From NCBI GenBank assembly GCA_902611815.1, contig CACMAZ010000002.1, positions 2,178 through 66,177 on the forward strand: DNA of 64,000 nt, in the 5' to 3' direction. The DNA comes from an uncultured Pelagibacteraceae bacterium (GTDB taxonomy: Bacteria > Pseudomonadota > Alphaproteobacteria > Pelagibacterales > Pelagibacteraceae). Both the position numbers and the translations under genes were made by a program. The notes under the pieces were generated by a model that was not told the DNA's origin, did no database searches, and worked only from the letters and a program-made list of their open reading frames with translations. Shown one piece after another: positions 51,097 through 61,670 of the stretch (positions are counted from its first letter, which is position 1; each line of letters opens with the position of its first letter).

Positions 51097-51647
51097 TGAA
51101 ATATTTTTTAGCAACTTTATTAATTCTTATTCTCACGTCCACTAAAGCTTATTCAGATATTGCAAAAAAAATTATAAATACTTTAGTAAACTCTAATAAT
51201 TATGAATTTAGATTTATCCAAAACATTAATAAAAAAAAAGAAACTGGAAATTGTATTTTATCATTTAATAAAAAAATAAACTGTAAATACGATAATACAG
51301 GTAAATTATTAATTTCTGATGGTAAAAATCTGATTATTAAAAATAAAAATTCAGATATCCCAAACCTTTATAAATTAAAAAACACTACTTTTTACAAAAT
51401 ATTAGATAAAAAATATCTAATTAGTGAACTACATAAAAGTAATATTAAAGATGAAAATGGAGAAATATTTGTCCACATAAATTATCAAGATGTTGGAATA
51501 AAGATCTTTTTTGATAAGGAAAAACTACTTTTAAAAGGATGGCAAACAACAGATATGTATAATAATTCTGTATTTACAGAAATTAAAATTATTGAAGTAA
51601 ATAAAATTATCGATGAGGATTTATTTGATATAAAGAAGTTTAATTAA
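51096..51647 (+). CDS. lolA: LolA-like lipoprotein carrier
   Basis: Signal peptide, F.Q...G, LISDG, LKGW..TD; position after ftsK. Confidence 0.7.
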   Translation: MKYFLATLLILILTSTKAYSDIAKKIINTLVNSNNYEFRFIQNINKKKETGNCILSFNKKINCKYDNTGKLLISDGKNLIIKNKNSDIPNLYKLKNTTFYKILDKKYLISELHKSNIKDENGEIFVHINYQDVGIKIFFDKEKLLLKGWQTTDMYNNSVFTEIKIIEVNKIIDEDLFDIKKFN

Positions 51648-52153
51648 CTATCTAATATATTAATATTTTCTCTCTTAAATACAGTCATTCCCCTCGCTAT
51701 ATAATTTTTTAATGCGTTAGGATGATCAAGTGTACAAGTATGAAGCCATACTCTTTTAATGTTTTTTTCAAAAGATTTTTTTATTGCTATACTTAAAGAA
51801 TATCCCCCAATACCTTTTCCTATATATTCCTCTAACAACCCAAAGTATGAAATCTCGGTCTCTTTTAATTCTGGATTGTATAAGAGCTCAAAGAAACCTG
51901 CCAATTCATTATTTTCACTAATCACATAAGTTTCCAAATTTTGATTAGAAATATAATTAACCCATTTCTCATCTGACCAGCTAAGTCTATCAATCCATCG
52001 ATGTTTCTTTCCAACTTGTTTATAAAAAAATTTGTTTAGTTGAAAATCGGGTTTAATTTTTTTTACTAAGTATCTATTTTTATTTATTGGATAAGTTTTA
52101 AGATTTTTTAAGTCTTTTAATTCAAGAAAATTTCTTTGAACAGGAATCATCAT
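51644..52153 (-). CDS. GNAT N-acetyltransferase
   Basis: YFGLL..YIGKGIGG, VWLHTCTLDHPNAL.NY..RG. Confidence 0.88.
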   Translation of the reverse strand: MMIPVQRNFLELKDLKNLKTYPINKNRYLVKKIKPDFQLNKFFYKQVGKKHRWIDRLSWSDEKWVNYISNQNLETYVISENNELAGFFELLYNPELKETEISYFGLLEEYIGKGIGGYSLSIAIKKSFEKNIKRVWLHTCTLDHPNALKNYIARGMTVFKRENINILDS

Positions 52154-52515
52154 ACAATCATTTTACCTAATTTTTCACCACCAAAAAGATGAAAATGCAA
52201 GTGAGGTACTTCTTGTCCACCGTTTTCACTAATATTCGCTAAAGTTCGATAGCCTTTTCCCGTATCAGATGAAATTTTTAATTTTTTTGCAACTATATTA
52301 ATTCCTTTTATCAATCCTGAAATCTCTTGTTCAGAAGCCTTTGATGCAAAATCATCTAAATCGATGTAACTACCTTTAGGTATAACTAAAGCGTGAATTT
52401 TCTTTTGAGGATTAATATCGTAAAAAGATAAAACATAGTCATCTTCGTAGATTTTTTCACAAGGTATCTCTCCCCTTAAAATCTTTGCAAATATATTGTT
52501 ATCATCATAGGTCAT
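52150..52515 (-). CDS. hinT: HIT family nucleotide-binding protein
   Basis: NIFAKILRGEIP, GQEVPHLHFH. Confidence 0.92.
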   Translation of the reverse strand: MTYDDNNIFAKILRGEIPCEKIYEDDYVLSFYDINPQKKIHALVIPKGSYIDLDDFASKASEQEISGLIKGINIVAKKLKISSDTGKGYRTLANISENGGQEVPHLHFHLFGGEKLGKMIV

Positions 52516-52856
52516 TCAATGACCTCAATCTGATCAATTATATCTACAATTTTTTTACCTACTAAAACCGCTCTTACTCTTGCACACTCATAATAAGCAA
52601 AGGAAGTTTGCTCTGCAATTTCCTTCATTGCTAAGCATTTCGAACTACTTTCAGTGTACAAGTGTTCTTTTAACCCTGGTGGATTTCCTAAATACATCAT
52701 AAGTCCAATAACTGTGCTTTCTCTCTCAAATTCAGCTTTTTCCTCAATTTTAGCTACCCTATCTTCCACACCAATTTCAAAATCTGTAAAAGCAACATAT
52801 CCTTTGTAAATTACAAAAGCTAATACAACATAAAAAATAAGTTTTATTTTTCCCAT
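52512..52856 (-). CDS. Hypothetical membrane-anchored protein
   Basis: N-terminal TM, two Cys, embedded between hisE and hinT. Confidence 0.7.
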   Translation of the reverse strand: MGKIKLIFYVVLAFVIYKGYVAFTDFEIGVEDRVAKIEEKAEFERESTVIGLMMYLGNPPGLKEHLYTESSSKCLAMKEIAEQTSFAYYECARVRAVLVGKKIVDIIDQIEVIE

Positions 52857-52861
52857 ACCAA

Positions 52862-53134
52862 TTATTTTTTTCTGTTTCTTAATTCAGACATTACATCTTC
52901 GATTTTAATATCATTCGCCTCTAAATACATAATTAAATGATAAAAAACATCTGCAGCTTCGTGAATTTTGTTGCTATCCTTATCAACAGATTCGATCAGT
53001 TCATCGATCTCCTCAATAACCTTTTCTTTATTTAAATTTTTATCATTCAATAATTTATTAGTGTAAGAACCATCGACAGGACTCTTTTTTCTCTGTCTTG
53101 CAAGATTAATTAAGTCTTCTAAGACATTTAGCAT
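52862..53134 (-). CDS. hisE: Phosphoribosyl-ATP pyrophosphatase
   Basis: GSYT.KL, KV.EE..E, EAAD..YH. Confidence 0.92.
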   Translation of the reverse strand: MLNVLEDLINLARQRKKSPVDGSYTNKLLNDKNLNKEKVIEEIDELIESVDKDSNKIHEAADVFYHLIMYLEANDIKIEDVMSELRNRKK

Positions 53135-53135
53135 C

Positions 53136-53891
53136 CTAAATTCTAACAGGAATTCCTTTTGAATCCAAATATTCCTTTGCTTCTTTTATAGAATGTTTTC
53201 CATAGTGAAATATTGAGGCAGCAAGGACAGCACTTGCTTTTCCTAATTTTATACCCTCAACTAAATGATTGAGATTACCAACTCCTCCAGATGCAATCAC
53301 TGGTATATTTACCTTGGATGATATGTTTGACATTAATTCAATATCATAACCAACTTGGGTTCCATCTCTATCCATAGAAGTGATTAATAATTCTCCAGCA
53401 CCACATTCCTCCATTTTTTTTGCATACACTATTGCATCTATGCCAGTGCTGTTTCTTCCTCCATGGGTAAATATTTCCCAATTTTTTCCATTTTTTTTTG
53501 CATCTATTGCAACAACAATGCATTGGGAGCCAAATTTTTTTGAACTATCGATAACTACTTTAGAATTCTGAACAGCTGCTGTATTGATCGATACCTTATC
53601 AGCACCACAGTTAAGTAGCTTATTAATATCTTCTAGACTTCTTATTCCTCCTCCAACAGTTAAAGGAACAAAACATTTCTTTGAAGTTTTTTCCACTACC
53701 TCATAAATTGTGTCTCTATTTTCATTTGAAGCTGTGATATCCAAGAAACAAATCTCATCCGCTCCACCATCACTATAAATTTTTGCTTGTTCAACTGGAT
53801 CACCTGCATCCTTCAAGTCGACAAAGTTAATACCCTTTACAACACGCCCATTTTTTACATCTAAACAAGGTATTATCCGATTTTTAAGCAT
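53136..53891 (-). CDS. hisF: Imidazole glycerol phosphate synthase cyclase subunit
   Basis: [25 protein letters not shown]. Confidence 0.97.
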   Translation of the reverse strand: MLKNRIIPCLDVKNGRVVKGINFVDLKDAGDPVEQAKIYSDGGADEICFLDITASNENRDTIYEVVEKTSKKCFVPLTVGGGIRSLEDINKLLNCGADKVSINTAAVQNSKVVIDSSKKFGSQCIVVAIDAKKNGKNWEIFTHGGRNSTGIDAIVYAKKMEECGAGELLITSMDRDGTQVGYDIELMSNISSKVNIPVIASGGVGNLNHLVEGIKLGKASAVLAASIFHYGKHSIKEAKEYLDSKGIPVRI

Positions 53892-54600
53892 CTTCTCTTA
53901 CTAACTCTTCCAGTTTTATATCACCATCATAAATAGCTTTACCAACTATTATACCCTCAATATTATCCATGTTCCTCGCATTTATGACATCATTAATTGA
54001 TGAAACCCCACCAGAGATTATAACTGGACAATTAGAAATACCTGCAACTTTTGATGCTTCATCAAAATTTGGGCTTTCTTTAGTTCCATCCCTATTAATA
54101 TCTGTAAAAATTAATCTACTCACGCCATAATCATTAACTTCTTTTAGAAAATCTAAAATAGATTTGTTTGAGCTTTCTTTCCATCCAGACACCGAAAGTT
54201 TACCATCCTTTGCATCTAGGCCAAGAGCGATTTTTCCAGAAAATTTTTCACACGCTTCTTCTAAAAATTTTTTATCTTTAATTGCAGCACTTCCTAAAAT
54301 TACTTTATCAACCCCAGAATCAATATATTTTTTAATACTATCAAAATTTCTGATGCCGCCACCTATCTCTACCTTGAGATTAGACTTTTTTACTATTTCA
54401 TGAACAATATCAATATTAACTGTTTCTCCAGTTAAAGCTCCATCTAAATCAACAATGTGCAGGTTTTTAAATCCATGATCTTTGTAATTATTGGCTTGAT
54501 CTACAGGAGAATTTTCGTACTCCGTTTTATTATCAAAATCGCCCTTTACTAAGCGTACACATTTTTTATCTTTAATATCTATAGCTGGAAATATCTTCAT
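53884..54600 (-). CDS. hisA: ProFAR isomerase
   Basis: [26 protein letters not shown]. Confidence 0.96.
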   Translation of the reverse strand: MKIFPAIDIKDKKCVRLVKGDFDNKTEYENSPVDQANNYKDHGFKNLHIVDLDGALTGETVNIDIVHEIVKKSNLKVEIGGGIRNFDSIKKYIDSGVDKVILGSAAIKDKKFLEEACEKFSGKIALGLDAKDGKLSVSGWKESSNKSILDFLKEVNDYGVSRLIFTDINRDGTKESPNFDEASKVAGISNCPVIISGGVSSINDVINARNMDNIEGIIVGKAIYDGDIKLEELVREDA

Positions 54601-54601
54601 T

Positions 54602-55228
54602 TTATAAACTCATAAAATTATCAATAATTTTTAATCCAATCTTGTCGCTTTTTTCTGGGTGAAATTGAGTACCAAAAATATTTTCTATTTCTACAGCACA
54701 TACATGATTCGAAGAATAATTAGTTGTTGCCGAAATAGCATTTTTATCATTGGGTATAAATTCATAGCTATGTACAAAGTACATATGTGATTTATCTTTT
54801 ATATTTTTGAAGATTTTACTTTCCTTCATAATATTAATTTCATTCCAACCTATGTGGGGTAATTTATATTTCCCATTTTGACTATCTATCTTTGTTACTT
54901 TTCCAGGTATCCAGCCTAATCCTTTTGTTTCTGTTTCCTCATACCCAATATCTGCAAACATTTGTAAACCGACACAAATTCCTAGTAGAGGTTTTTTGTT
55001 GTTTATCGCAAACTCATTTAAAGTTTCGACAAGGCCGTTGGTTGTATTAAGTGCATCGATGCAGCTCTTGAAGGAACCCTGTCCTGGCAACACAACTTTG
55101 TCACTTAATTTTATTTTTTTTAAATCAGAAGTGACTTCAATTTTAACTTTATTTTGTGCTACTTCTTTAAATGAATTTATTACAGAACTTATATTCCCTG
55201 ATTTGTAATCAACTATTGTTACGTTCAT
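54602..55228 (-). CDS. hisH: Imidazole glycerol phosphate synthase glutaminase subunit
   Basis: LPGQG, GICVGLQ, PHIGWN, QFHPEKS. Confidence 0.96.
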   Translation of the reverse strand: MNVTIVDYKSGNISSVINSFKEVAQNKVKIEVTSDLKKIKLSDKVVLPGQGSFKSCIDALNTTNGLVETLNEFAINNKKPLLGICVGLQMFADIGYEETETKGLGWIPGKVTKIDSQNGKYKLPHIGWNEINIMKESKIFKNIKDKSHMYFVHSYEFIPNDKNAISATTNYSSNHVCAVEIENIFGTQFHPEKSDKIGLKIIDNFMSL

Positions 55229-55234
55229 TAATTC

Positions 55235-55825
55235 TTATAAAGAACCTTTGGTCGATGGTATTACATTCTTATTTCGCGGATCAATCTCGAGTGCACTTCT
55301 TAAAGATCTTGCTAATCCTTTAAAACAAGACTCAACTTTATGATGACTATTATCACCATATAAATTTTCTATGTGTAAAGTGATACCTGCTGCTTGTGAA
55401 AATGCCTGGAACCACTCTTTAAATAATTCAGTGTCCATTTCGCCAAGCTTTTCAACCTTCAAATCAACTTTCCAAATTAAATACGGTCTATTCGAAACAT
55501 CTAAAGCAACTCTTGTTAAAGTTTCATCCATTGGAATCATTGCATGAGCGTATCTTTTTATTCCTATGAATTTTTTTGATGCTTTTTTTAAACATTCACC
55601 AATTGCAATGCCTGTGTCTTCAGTGGTGTGATGAAGATCAATATGCGTATCTCCTTTAGCTTTTACTTTTAAATCAATTGAGGAGTGTTTTGATAATTGT
55701 TCTAACATATGGTCCAAAAAACCGATACCAGTGTCTATTTTAAACTTGCCTTTACCATCGATATTTATAGCAACATCGATTTTAGTTTCTTTAGTTTTTC
55801 GACTTATCTCTGCTTTTCGCTTCAT
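55235..55825 (-). CDS. hisB: Imidazoleglycerol-phosphate dehydratase
   Basis: [26 protein letters not shown]. Confidence 0.97.
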   Translation of the reverse strand: MKRKAEISRKTKETKIDVAINIDGKGKFKIDTGIGFLDHMLEQLSKHSSIDLKVKAKGDTHIDLHHTTEDTGIAIGECLKKASKKFIGIKRYAHAMIPMDETLTRVALDVSNRPYLIWKVDLKVEKLGEMDTELFKEWFQAFSQAAGITLHIENLYGDNSHHKVESCFKGLARSLRSALEIDPRNKNVIPSTKGSL

Positions 55826-55880
55826 ATTTAGTTAGATATATATGCATTATCTATTGATATCAATAACAGTTAATTTAGCA

Positions 55881-55908
55881 CTTGAACATTTAAAATTAGT
55901 ATCCATTT
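55881..55908 (+). promoter_or_regulatory. RpoH (sigma-32) promoter of hslVU (leaderless)
   Basis: CTTGAA-N15-TCCATTT-N7-ATG; no SD sequence. Confidence 0.7.
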
Positions 55909-55915
55909 AACTGAA

Positions 55916-56431
55916 ATGACAACGATTGTACTAGTAAGAAAAAATAATGACGTAGTTGTGGCAAGCGATGGTCAAGTGAGCATGGGAAATACAGTGATCA
56001 AAAGTAATGCTAACAAAGTTCGTAAAATCGAGAAAAGAAATGTGATTGCTGGATTTGCTGGATCCACAGCCGATGCATTAACTTTATTTGAAAGATTAGA
56101 AGCTAAACTTGAAAAACATGCAGGAAATTTAACAAGAGCTGCTGTTGAATTAGCTAAAGATTGGAGAACAGATAAATACTTAAGAAGATTAGAGGCTCTT
56201 ATGGCGATTGGTGATAAAGAAAAAAGTTTTATTATTTCAGGAACTGGAGACGTCTTAGAGCCTGAAGGAGATGTTATTGGAATTGGTTCAGGAGGAAATT
56301 ATGCATTAGCTGCTGCAAAAGTATTAATGGATACTGAATTAAAAGCTGAAGAGGTCGCAAAAAAAGCTATACAAGTCGCAGCTGATATCTGTGTGTTTAC
56401 AAATCATAATATAAAAGTGGAAAAAATTTAA
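55916..56431 (+). CDS. hslV: ATP-dependent protease subunit HslV
   Basis: N-terminal [30 protein letters not shown]. Confidence 0.97.
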   Translation: MTTIVLVRKNNDVVVASDGQVSMGNTVIKSNANKVRKIEKRNVIAGFAGSTADALTLFERLEAKLEKHAGNLTRAAVELAKDWRTDKYLRRLEALMAIGDKEKSFIISGTGDVLEPEGDVIGIGSGGNYALAAAKVLMDTELKAEEVAKKAIQVAADICVFTNHNIKVEKI

Positions 56432-57795
56432 TGGAAAAATCTAACGTAAAAACTTTCCCAAAGAAAACTGAGGAAAAAAAACAAAATCATATTGACTCAT
56501 TGTCTCCAAGAGAAATTGTTTCTGAGTTAGATAGATACGTTGTTGGTCAAAATAAAGCTAAAAGGGCAGTAGCTATTGCTTTAAGAAACAGATGGAGAAG
56601 ACAAGCTTTAACAGGTGATATGCGAGATGAGGTGCTTCCTAAAAATATTTTGATGATAGGTCCAACTGGAGTTGGAAAAACTGAAATATCTAGAAGACTA
56701 TCAAAATTAGCAGAAGCTCCTTTTGTGAAAGTTGAAGCTACAAGATTTACTGAAGTTGGTTATGTTGGAAGAGACGTTGAACAAATTATAAGAGACCTGC
56801 TTGAAATAGCTATTGCTATGGAAAAGGTTAAAAAAAGAAAAGAAGTACATGCTAAAGCTCAAAAATTAGCTGAAGAAAGAGTATTGGATGCATTAGTAGG
56901 AAATAAGGCGTCTGTTGCAACAAGAGAGAGTTTCAGAAAGAGACTAAGAGATGGTGACTTAGATGATAACGAAATAGAAATTGCTACTAATGAGTCTAGT
57001 AACATGCCTAGTTTTGAAATTCCAGGAATGTCAGGTGCAAATATTGGAATGATAAATATTGGTGACATGTTAGGTAAATCTATGGGAGGTAAAACAAAAA
57101 AGAAAAAAATGACTGTTAAAGAGTCCCATGAAATATTAATTAATGAAGAAGCAGATAAATTAATCGAACAGGACAAAATTATAAAATCAGCAAAAAATGT
57201 AACTGAAAATAATGGTATCGTTTTTTTAGATGAAATTGACAAAATTTCAGGAAGAACAGATAGGGTTGGCGGAGATGTTTCAAGAGAAGGTGTTCAAAGG
57301 GACTTGCTTCCATTAATTGAGGGTACTACAGTTAGCACAAAGTATGGACCAGTTAAAACGGATCATATTTTATTCATTGCATCTGGAGCCTTTCAATTAG
57401 CAAAACCATCGGACTTATTACCTGAACTTCAAGGTAGATTGCCAATTAGAGTAGAATTAGATGCGCTCACAAGTGAGGATTTTAAAAGAATTTTAAAAGA
57501 ACCAGATAATAGTTTAATCAAACAATACCAGGCATTGCTTAAAACGGAAAATGTTGACTTACAATTTTCTGAGGATGGCATTGAGACCATTGCTAATCTT
57601 GCAACTGAAGTGAACTCATCTGTAGAAAATATTGGTGCGAGAAGACTTCATACAATAATCGAGAGAATTCTTGATGAAATTAGTTTCACAGCAACTGACA
57701 GATCTGGTGAAAAAATTGTAATAGATTCTAAGTATGTTAAAGAAAACCTTGGTCAGTTGGTCAAGGATAACGATTTATCAAAGTTTATTCTTTAA
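56431..57795 (+). CDS. hslU: ATP-dependent protease ATPase HslU
   Basis: [29 protein letters not shown]. Confidence 0.97.
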   Translation: MEKSNVKTFPKKTEEKKQNHIDSLSPREIVSELDRYVVGQNKAKRAVAIALRNRWRRQALTGDMRDEVLPKNILMIGPTGVGKTEISRRLSKLAEAPFVKVEATRFTEVGYVGRDVEQIIRDLLEIAIAMEKVKKRKEVHAKAQKLAEERVLDALVGNKASVATRESFRKRLRDGDLDDNEIEIATNESSNMPSFEIPGMSGANIGMINIGDMLGKSMGGKTKKKKMTVKESHEILINEEADKLIEQDKIIKSAKNVTENNGIVFLDEIDKISGRTDRVGGDVSREGVQRDLLPLIEGTTVSTKYGPVKTDHILFIASGAFQLAKPSDLLPELQGRLPIRVELDALTSEDFKRILKEPDNSLIKQYQALLKTENVDLQFSEDGIETIANLATEVNSSVENIGARRLHTIIERILDEISFTATDRSGEKIVIDSKYVKENLGQLVKDNDLSKFIL

Positions 57796-58194
57796 TTTTA
57801 AGTAAATACAAAAAAAACCCGAGTTTTTGTTATCTGTTTGATCTTCAATTCTTTTAATAATACTCATTAATGTGGTGTTACATTTTACAAATTCGGGTAC
57901 CGAATATTTAAGAATACTTAAATCTTTTGATTGAAACGGGTTTTGATCAACTTTAGATCTAAGTCCTTTTCCAGTAATAATATTTAATTTTTCGATTTTC
58001 TTATCAAAACACTCGATTATAAACTTTTCAACTTTATTATTTGCTTGATCTAAAGAAAAACCATGAAGATCTATTGTGGCTTCTTTTTTATTTTTTTTAA
58101 CATTTTTAAAATTATCTTTATCCGGAACTCTTTGGTTTCCTTCAACAAAATCTTTCCAAGCTTTTAAATCTTTTTTAGATAGTTTTTTATTCAA
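57778..58194 (-). CDS. Smr/MutS2 domain protein
   Basis: IDLHG, IITGKG. Confidence 0.88.
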   Translation of the reverse strand: MNKKLSKKDLKAWKDFVEGNQRVPDKDNFKNVKKNKKEATIDLHGFSLDQANNKVEKFIIECFDKKIEKLNIITGKGLRSKVDQNPFQSKDLSILKYSVPEFVKCNTTLMSIIKRIEDQTDNKNSGFFCIYLKLKNKL

Positions 58195-58782
58195 TTAAAC
58201 ATTCGTTTCAATCAATGACCAGTTTGGATCATTTGATTGTACATTTTTAGAAAATTTCCAGGTATCGTAAACTTTTTTAACTTTTTCTGGGTCGCCAGAA
58301 ATAATTTTAGAATCTTTATCTTTTACGCAAGAAATAATTTCACTTACAAAATCCACTGTAACCTCGAGAAAGTTTCCATTTCTCTCATGTTGCTTAATCT
58401 CTGCCGAATTAATGCCTATAAAAGTAGTTTCAGATATATTGCCTTGTTTTTTTCTTTCGCTAATAGCATCTTCAAATTGCTTTAAAACTTTTTTTTCTAA
58501 AATATTTTTTATATTTTTTAAGTTACCGTTTGAAAAATCTGTAATGATTGTTTCATAAGCAATTTTAGCACCTGACAAAAATTCAGACTTTGCCTTATCA
58601 TCAAAAACATCAAAGTTTGTTTTTTTAACTGGTTTAACATTTGGAAATTCATGTGGAAAACTTTGAGTTATATCTTCCTCAAATCCAGATTTTTTACCTA
58701 GAATACCTCTTAGTCTTAAAAATATAAAACCAGCAATCATTGCTAGAAGTATTATATCTATATATTCAAAGCTATAACTCAT
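58195..58782 (-). CDS. Tim44/TimA family protein
   Basis: FLRLRGILG, FL.GAK.AYE.I, D.W.F...V....PNW. Confidence 0.88.
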   Translation of the reverse strand: MSYSFEYIDIILLAMIAGFIFLRLRGILGKKSGFEEDITQSFPHEFPNVKPVKKTNFDVFDDKAKSEFLSGAKIAYETIITDFSNGNLKNIKNILEKKVLKQFEDAISERKKQGNISETTFIGINSAEIKQHERNGNFLEVTVDFVSEIISCVKDKDSKIISGDPEKVKKVYDTWKFSKNVQSNDPNWSLIETNV

Positions 58783-58840
58783 AATATTATAATATTTACT
58801 CTATTGCTTAATTTCAACTAGCAAATTAGATTAATGACAA

Positions 58841-59245
58841 ATGAACACACTTTTATTAATCGTTTTATTTGTTCCTCTTATCGAAATATACCTTTTCATA
58901 CAAATTGGGGGGCAAATAGGAGCATTTAACACAATTTTAATAATTCTACTGACTGCTGTTGTTGGCATCTATTTTGTGAGATTGCAGGGGATGAGCACTT
59001 TAAAATCTGGGATCACTCAACTTTATCAAAACCAAATTCCTGTTTACGAAATGATATCTGGAGCTGCTTTGGCTTTTGCGGCTTTGCTTTTAATTATCCC
59101 AGGTTTTGCAACTGACTTAATTGGTTTTCTTTTAATTATACCATTCTTCAGAAACATTATTTTTAAGTTTTTTAGTAAAAAATATAGGAAACAAAAAATT
59201 AAAGATGATTTGATTGAGGGTGAATATGAAGATAAGGATAATTAA
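58841..59245 (+). CDS. fxsA: FxsA family membrane protein
   Basis: PLIEI, VRLQG, LLIIPGFATD. Confidence 0.9.
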   Translation: MNTLLLIVLFVPLIEIYLFIQIGGQIGAFNTILIILLTAVVGIYFVRLQGMSTLKSGITQLYQNQIPVYEMISGAALAFAALLLIIPGFATDLIGFLLIIPFFRNIIFKFFSKKYRKQKIKDDLIEGEYEDKDN

Positions 59246-59667
59246 TGGAAAAAAAATATAAAATTTTGGGTGAATTTATTAAAGATATTTCTGCAGAAAC
59301 AAAAGACATTGAAAGTTATATTTATACTAAAGAAAATATTTCTAAATATAAATTATTTATAGACATTAATACGAAACCTCTAAAAAATAAAATGGCTGAA
59401 GTATCTATTTCCACAAAATTCAAAGAAACTGATGAAATAAGTAAACATGGTTATTTTGAAATGATTTATGCGATAATTGTCAAAATTGATGAAGATGTGA
59501 ATACAAAAGAGGTTTTAGAACCAATTTTTTTAAGAGATGTTCCGAATGAAATTTATCCAAAAATTGAAAAAATATTTTTAGATCTATTGAGCCACTCTGG
59601 ATACCCAAATGTTAAATTTGAAAATAAAGTTGACTTTGATCAACTATACAAAAATAGAAAAAATTAA
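59245..59667 (+). CDS. secB: Protein export chaperone SecB (divergent)
   Basis: IKDIS.E, P..IYP, GYP, VDF..LY; position after fxsA. Confidence 0.78.
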   Translation: MEKKYKILGEFIKDISAETKDIESYIYTKENISKYKLFIDINTKPLKNKMAEVSISTKFKETDEISKHGYFEMIYAIIVKIDEDVNTKEVLEPIFLRDVPNEIYPKIEKIFLDLLSHSGYPNVKFENKVDFDQLYKNRKN

Positions 59668-60323
59668 GCATTTCTTTTTAAAGATTTTTTTATAAAAATC
59701 TTATGGTTTTGATATTCTTCTTCTGTCGGTTCAATAATTTTTTTGCAGTAATCAATTTTTTTATTCATTTTTAGACTTTTTGATTCTTCTGTAACAAAAT
59801 CTAATTTTGGCTCTTTCTGATCTATTAGATTAATGTAAACTTTAGACAAAAGTTCACAATCAATTAATGCTGTGTGAAATTTTCTTCTAGAATTATCTAT
59901 ACTAAACCTTTTACAAAGTGCATCTAAACTAATTTGAGAACCAGGATATTTGTCTCTTGCTAGATCTAGAGTATCGATTACATTTTTCCTATCTAAAATT
60001 TTTTTACCAGCTAATTTAAGTTCATTATTTAAATGTGAAATATCAAACTCAGCGTTATGGATTATTAATTTTTTGTTTTCTATAAATCTTAAAAATTCAT
60101 CTGCAACATCCTTAAAAAGTTTTTTGTCAGCTAAAAACTCATCAGTATAACCATGTACTTTCATAGCATCCTCTGAAACTTTCCTTTGTGGATTTAAATA
60201 ACTATGAAAAGTTTTAGCTGTTGGTATTTGATTTTTAAGTTCAATGCACCCTATTTCAACAATCCGGTGTCCTTTTGCAACGGAGAGACCTGTTGTTTCT
60301 GTATCAAGAACTATTTCTATCAT
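59664..60323 (-). CDS. dnaQ: DNA polymerase III epsilon subunit
   Basis: LDTETTG, HNAEFD, SLDALC.R, HTALID. Confidence 0.96.
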   Translation of the reverse strand: MIEIVLDTETTGLSVAKGHRIVEIGCIELKNQIPTAKTFHSYLNPQRKVSEDAMKVHGYTDEFLADKKLFKDVADEFLRFIENKKLIIHNAEFDISHLNNELKLAGKKILDRKNVIDTLDLARDKYPGSQISLDALCKRFSIDNSRRKFHTALIDCELLSKVYINLIDQKEPKLDFVTEESKSLKMNKKIDYCKKIIEPTEEEYQNHKIFIKKSLKRNA

Positions 60324-60891
60324 TTAAAATTGTAAACTTTAACATATTAACCTTCTTTTTCATAATAACACTATTATAATTATTTATTAACACATAGTTT
60401 GATTTATTTTTTTTTTTAATTAATGAGAATTGAGATTTTCTTAGAATGTTTAAAAGTTTTTTATCGTAATTTTTTCTTTTTTTCAAAATTTTTTCTACAT
60501 CTTTTTTTTTAGTTTTTAAAAATACAATAATATCATTTTTTTTGTTCATTTTATTTTCCAAGTATAACGGTATGTCCAAAACAACCATCTTTTTATCTTT
60601 GTTTTTTTTTAAAAAAATTTTTAATTTTTTTCTAATAAAAGGATGAACGATTAATCCAATTTTTTTTAAGTAAGATAAGTTATTTTTTATTAAATTTGAT
60701 AAATCTTTTTTTTTAATCGGAAATGTTTTAATAAATTTAGGAAATTTTCTTTTTAAAGCATTAAAGCAATCTTTATTATTTTTATATAATTTCTTAACCT
60801 CTGTATCTGCTGAAAAACAAGGTATTTTTAATAATCTTGAAACATAAGTTTTTCCTGAACCAATATCCCCTACTAAACTAATTATTATCAT
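60304..60891 (-). CDS. coaE: Dephospho-CoA kinase
   Basis: GDIGSGKT, IVHP, DIPL..E. Confidence 0.9.
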   Translation of the reverse strand: MIIISLVGDIGSGKTYVSRLLKIPCFSADTEVKKLYKNNKDCFNALKRKFPKFIKTFPIKKKDLSNLIKNNLSYLKKIGLIVHPFIRKKLKIFLKKNKDKKMVVLDIPLYLENKMNKKNDIIVFLKTKKKDVEKILKKRKNYDKKLLNILRKSQFSLIKKKNKSNYVLINNYNSVIMKKKVNMLKFTILNDRNSS

Positions 60892-61670
60892 TCCAATATT
60901 TTTAACACCTCATCGTCAATTTTAGGTATTATATTGTTCCATATAGAAAAAGATTGATTGGCTTGATAAACAAACATAAATCTACCATTTTCAACTTTGT
61001 TGCCCTCTTGTTTCGCTTTTTTTAAAAACTGTGTTTCTTTCGGATTATAAATTACATCATAAAAAATTTTATCTTTTACATTAAATTCTAGGTCCAAACT
61101 ATCACCCTTTAAACCAACGCTAGTAGCATTTATAACAATATCAAAATCTGGTATTTCGCCCCATTTTAAGATCTCAACTTCATTAAATTTTTTCTTTATA
61201 TTCTCAGCTTTTTCAATAGTTCTATTTGATAAAAATATTTTTTTACACCCCATGCTTAATAAAGAATATACGATTGACGGAACCACTCCGCCTGCTCCGA
61301 GTATAAGAACATGTTTATGCAATACGTTGATTTTAGAGTGTCTTAAACCTAACTCAAACCCAGCCACGTCTGTATTATGACCGATTATTTCGTCACCATT
61401 TTTATAAATAGTATTAACAGATTCTGTTGTTTCAACTTCTAAACTAAGTTTATCTAGATATTTAATTACTTTATTTTTAAAAGGGACTGTTACATTTATT
61501 CCATGAATTTTATCTTTTCTTAAATTATCGATAAAATTTTTTAGTTCTTTTTCCTCTAATTTTTTTTTTTCATATACAGCATTAATATTATTTTTTTTAA
61601 TCCAAAAATTGTGTAATTCAGGTGATAAAGAGTGACTTATCGGGTTGCCTATTACAAAAAATTTTTTCAT
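60888..61670 (-). CDS. aroE: Shikimate dehydrogenase
   Basis: GNPISHSLSP, NVTVPFK, NTD, GAGG, DVIYNP. Confidence 0.95.
   Translation of the reverse strand: MKKFFVIGNPISHSLSPELHNFWIKKNNINAVYEKKKLEEKELKNFIDNLRKDKIHGINVTVPFKNKVIKYLDKLSLEVETTESVNTIYKNGDEIIGHNTDVAGFELGLRHSKINVLHKHVLILGAGGVVPSIVYSLLSMGCKKIFLSNRTIEKAENIKKKFNEVEILKWGEIPDFDIVINATSVGLKGDSLDLEFNVKDKIFYDVIYNPKETQFLKKAKQEGNKVENGRFMFVYQANQSFSIWNNIIPKIDDEVLKILE

Noticed and set aside
46096-57242. Long antisense ORFs (46096-46521, 49713-50123, 56859-57242) and similar short ones throughout the window
   Set aside because: They lie opposite well-supported genes and have the F/L/I/S-rich composition expected of reverse-frame shadows
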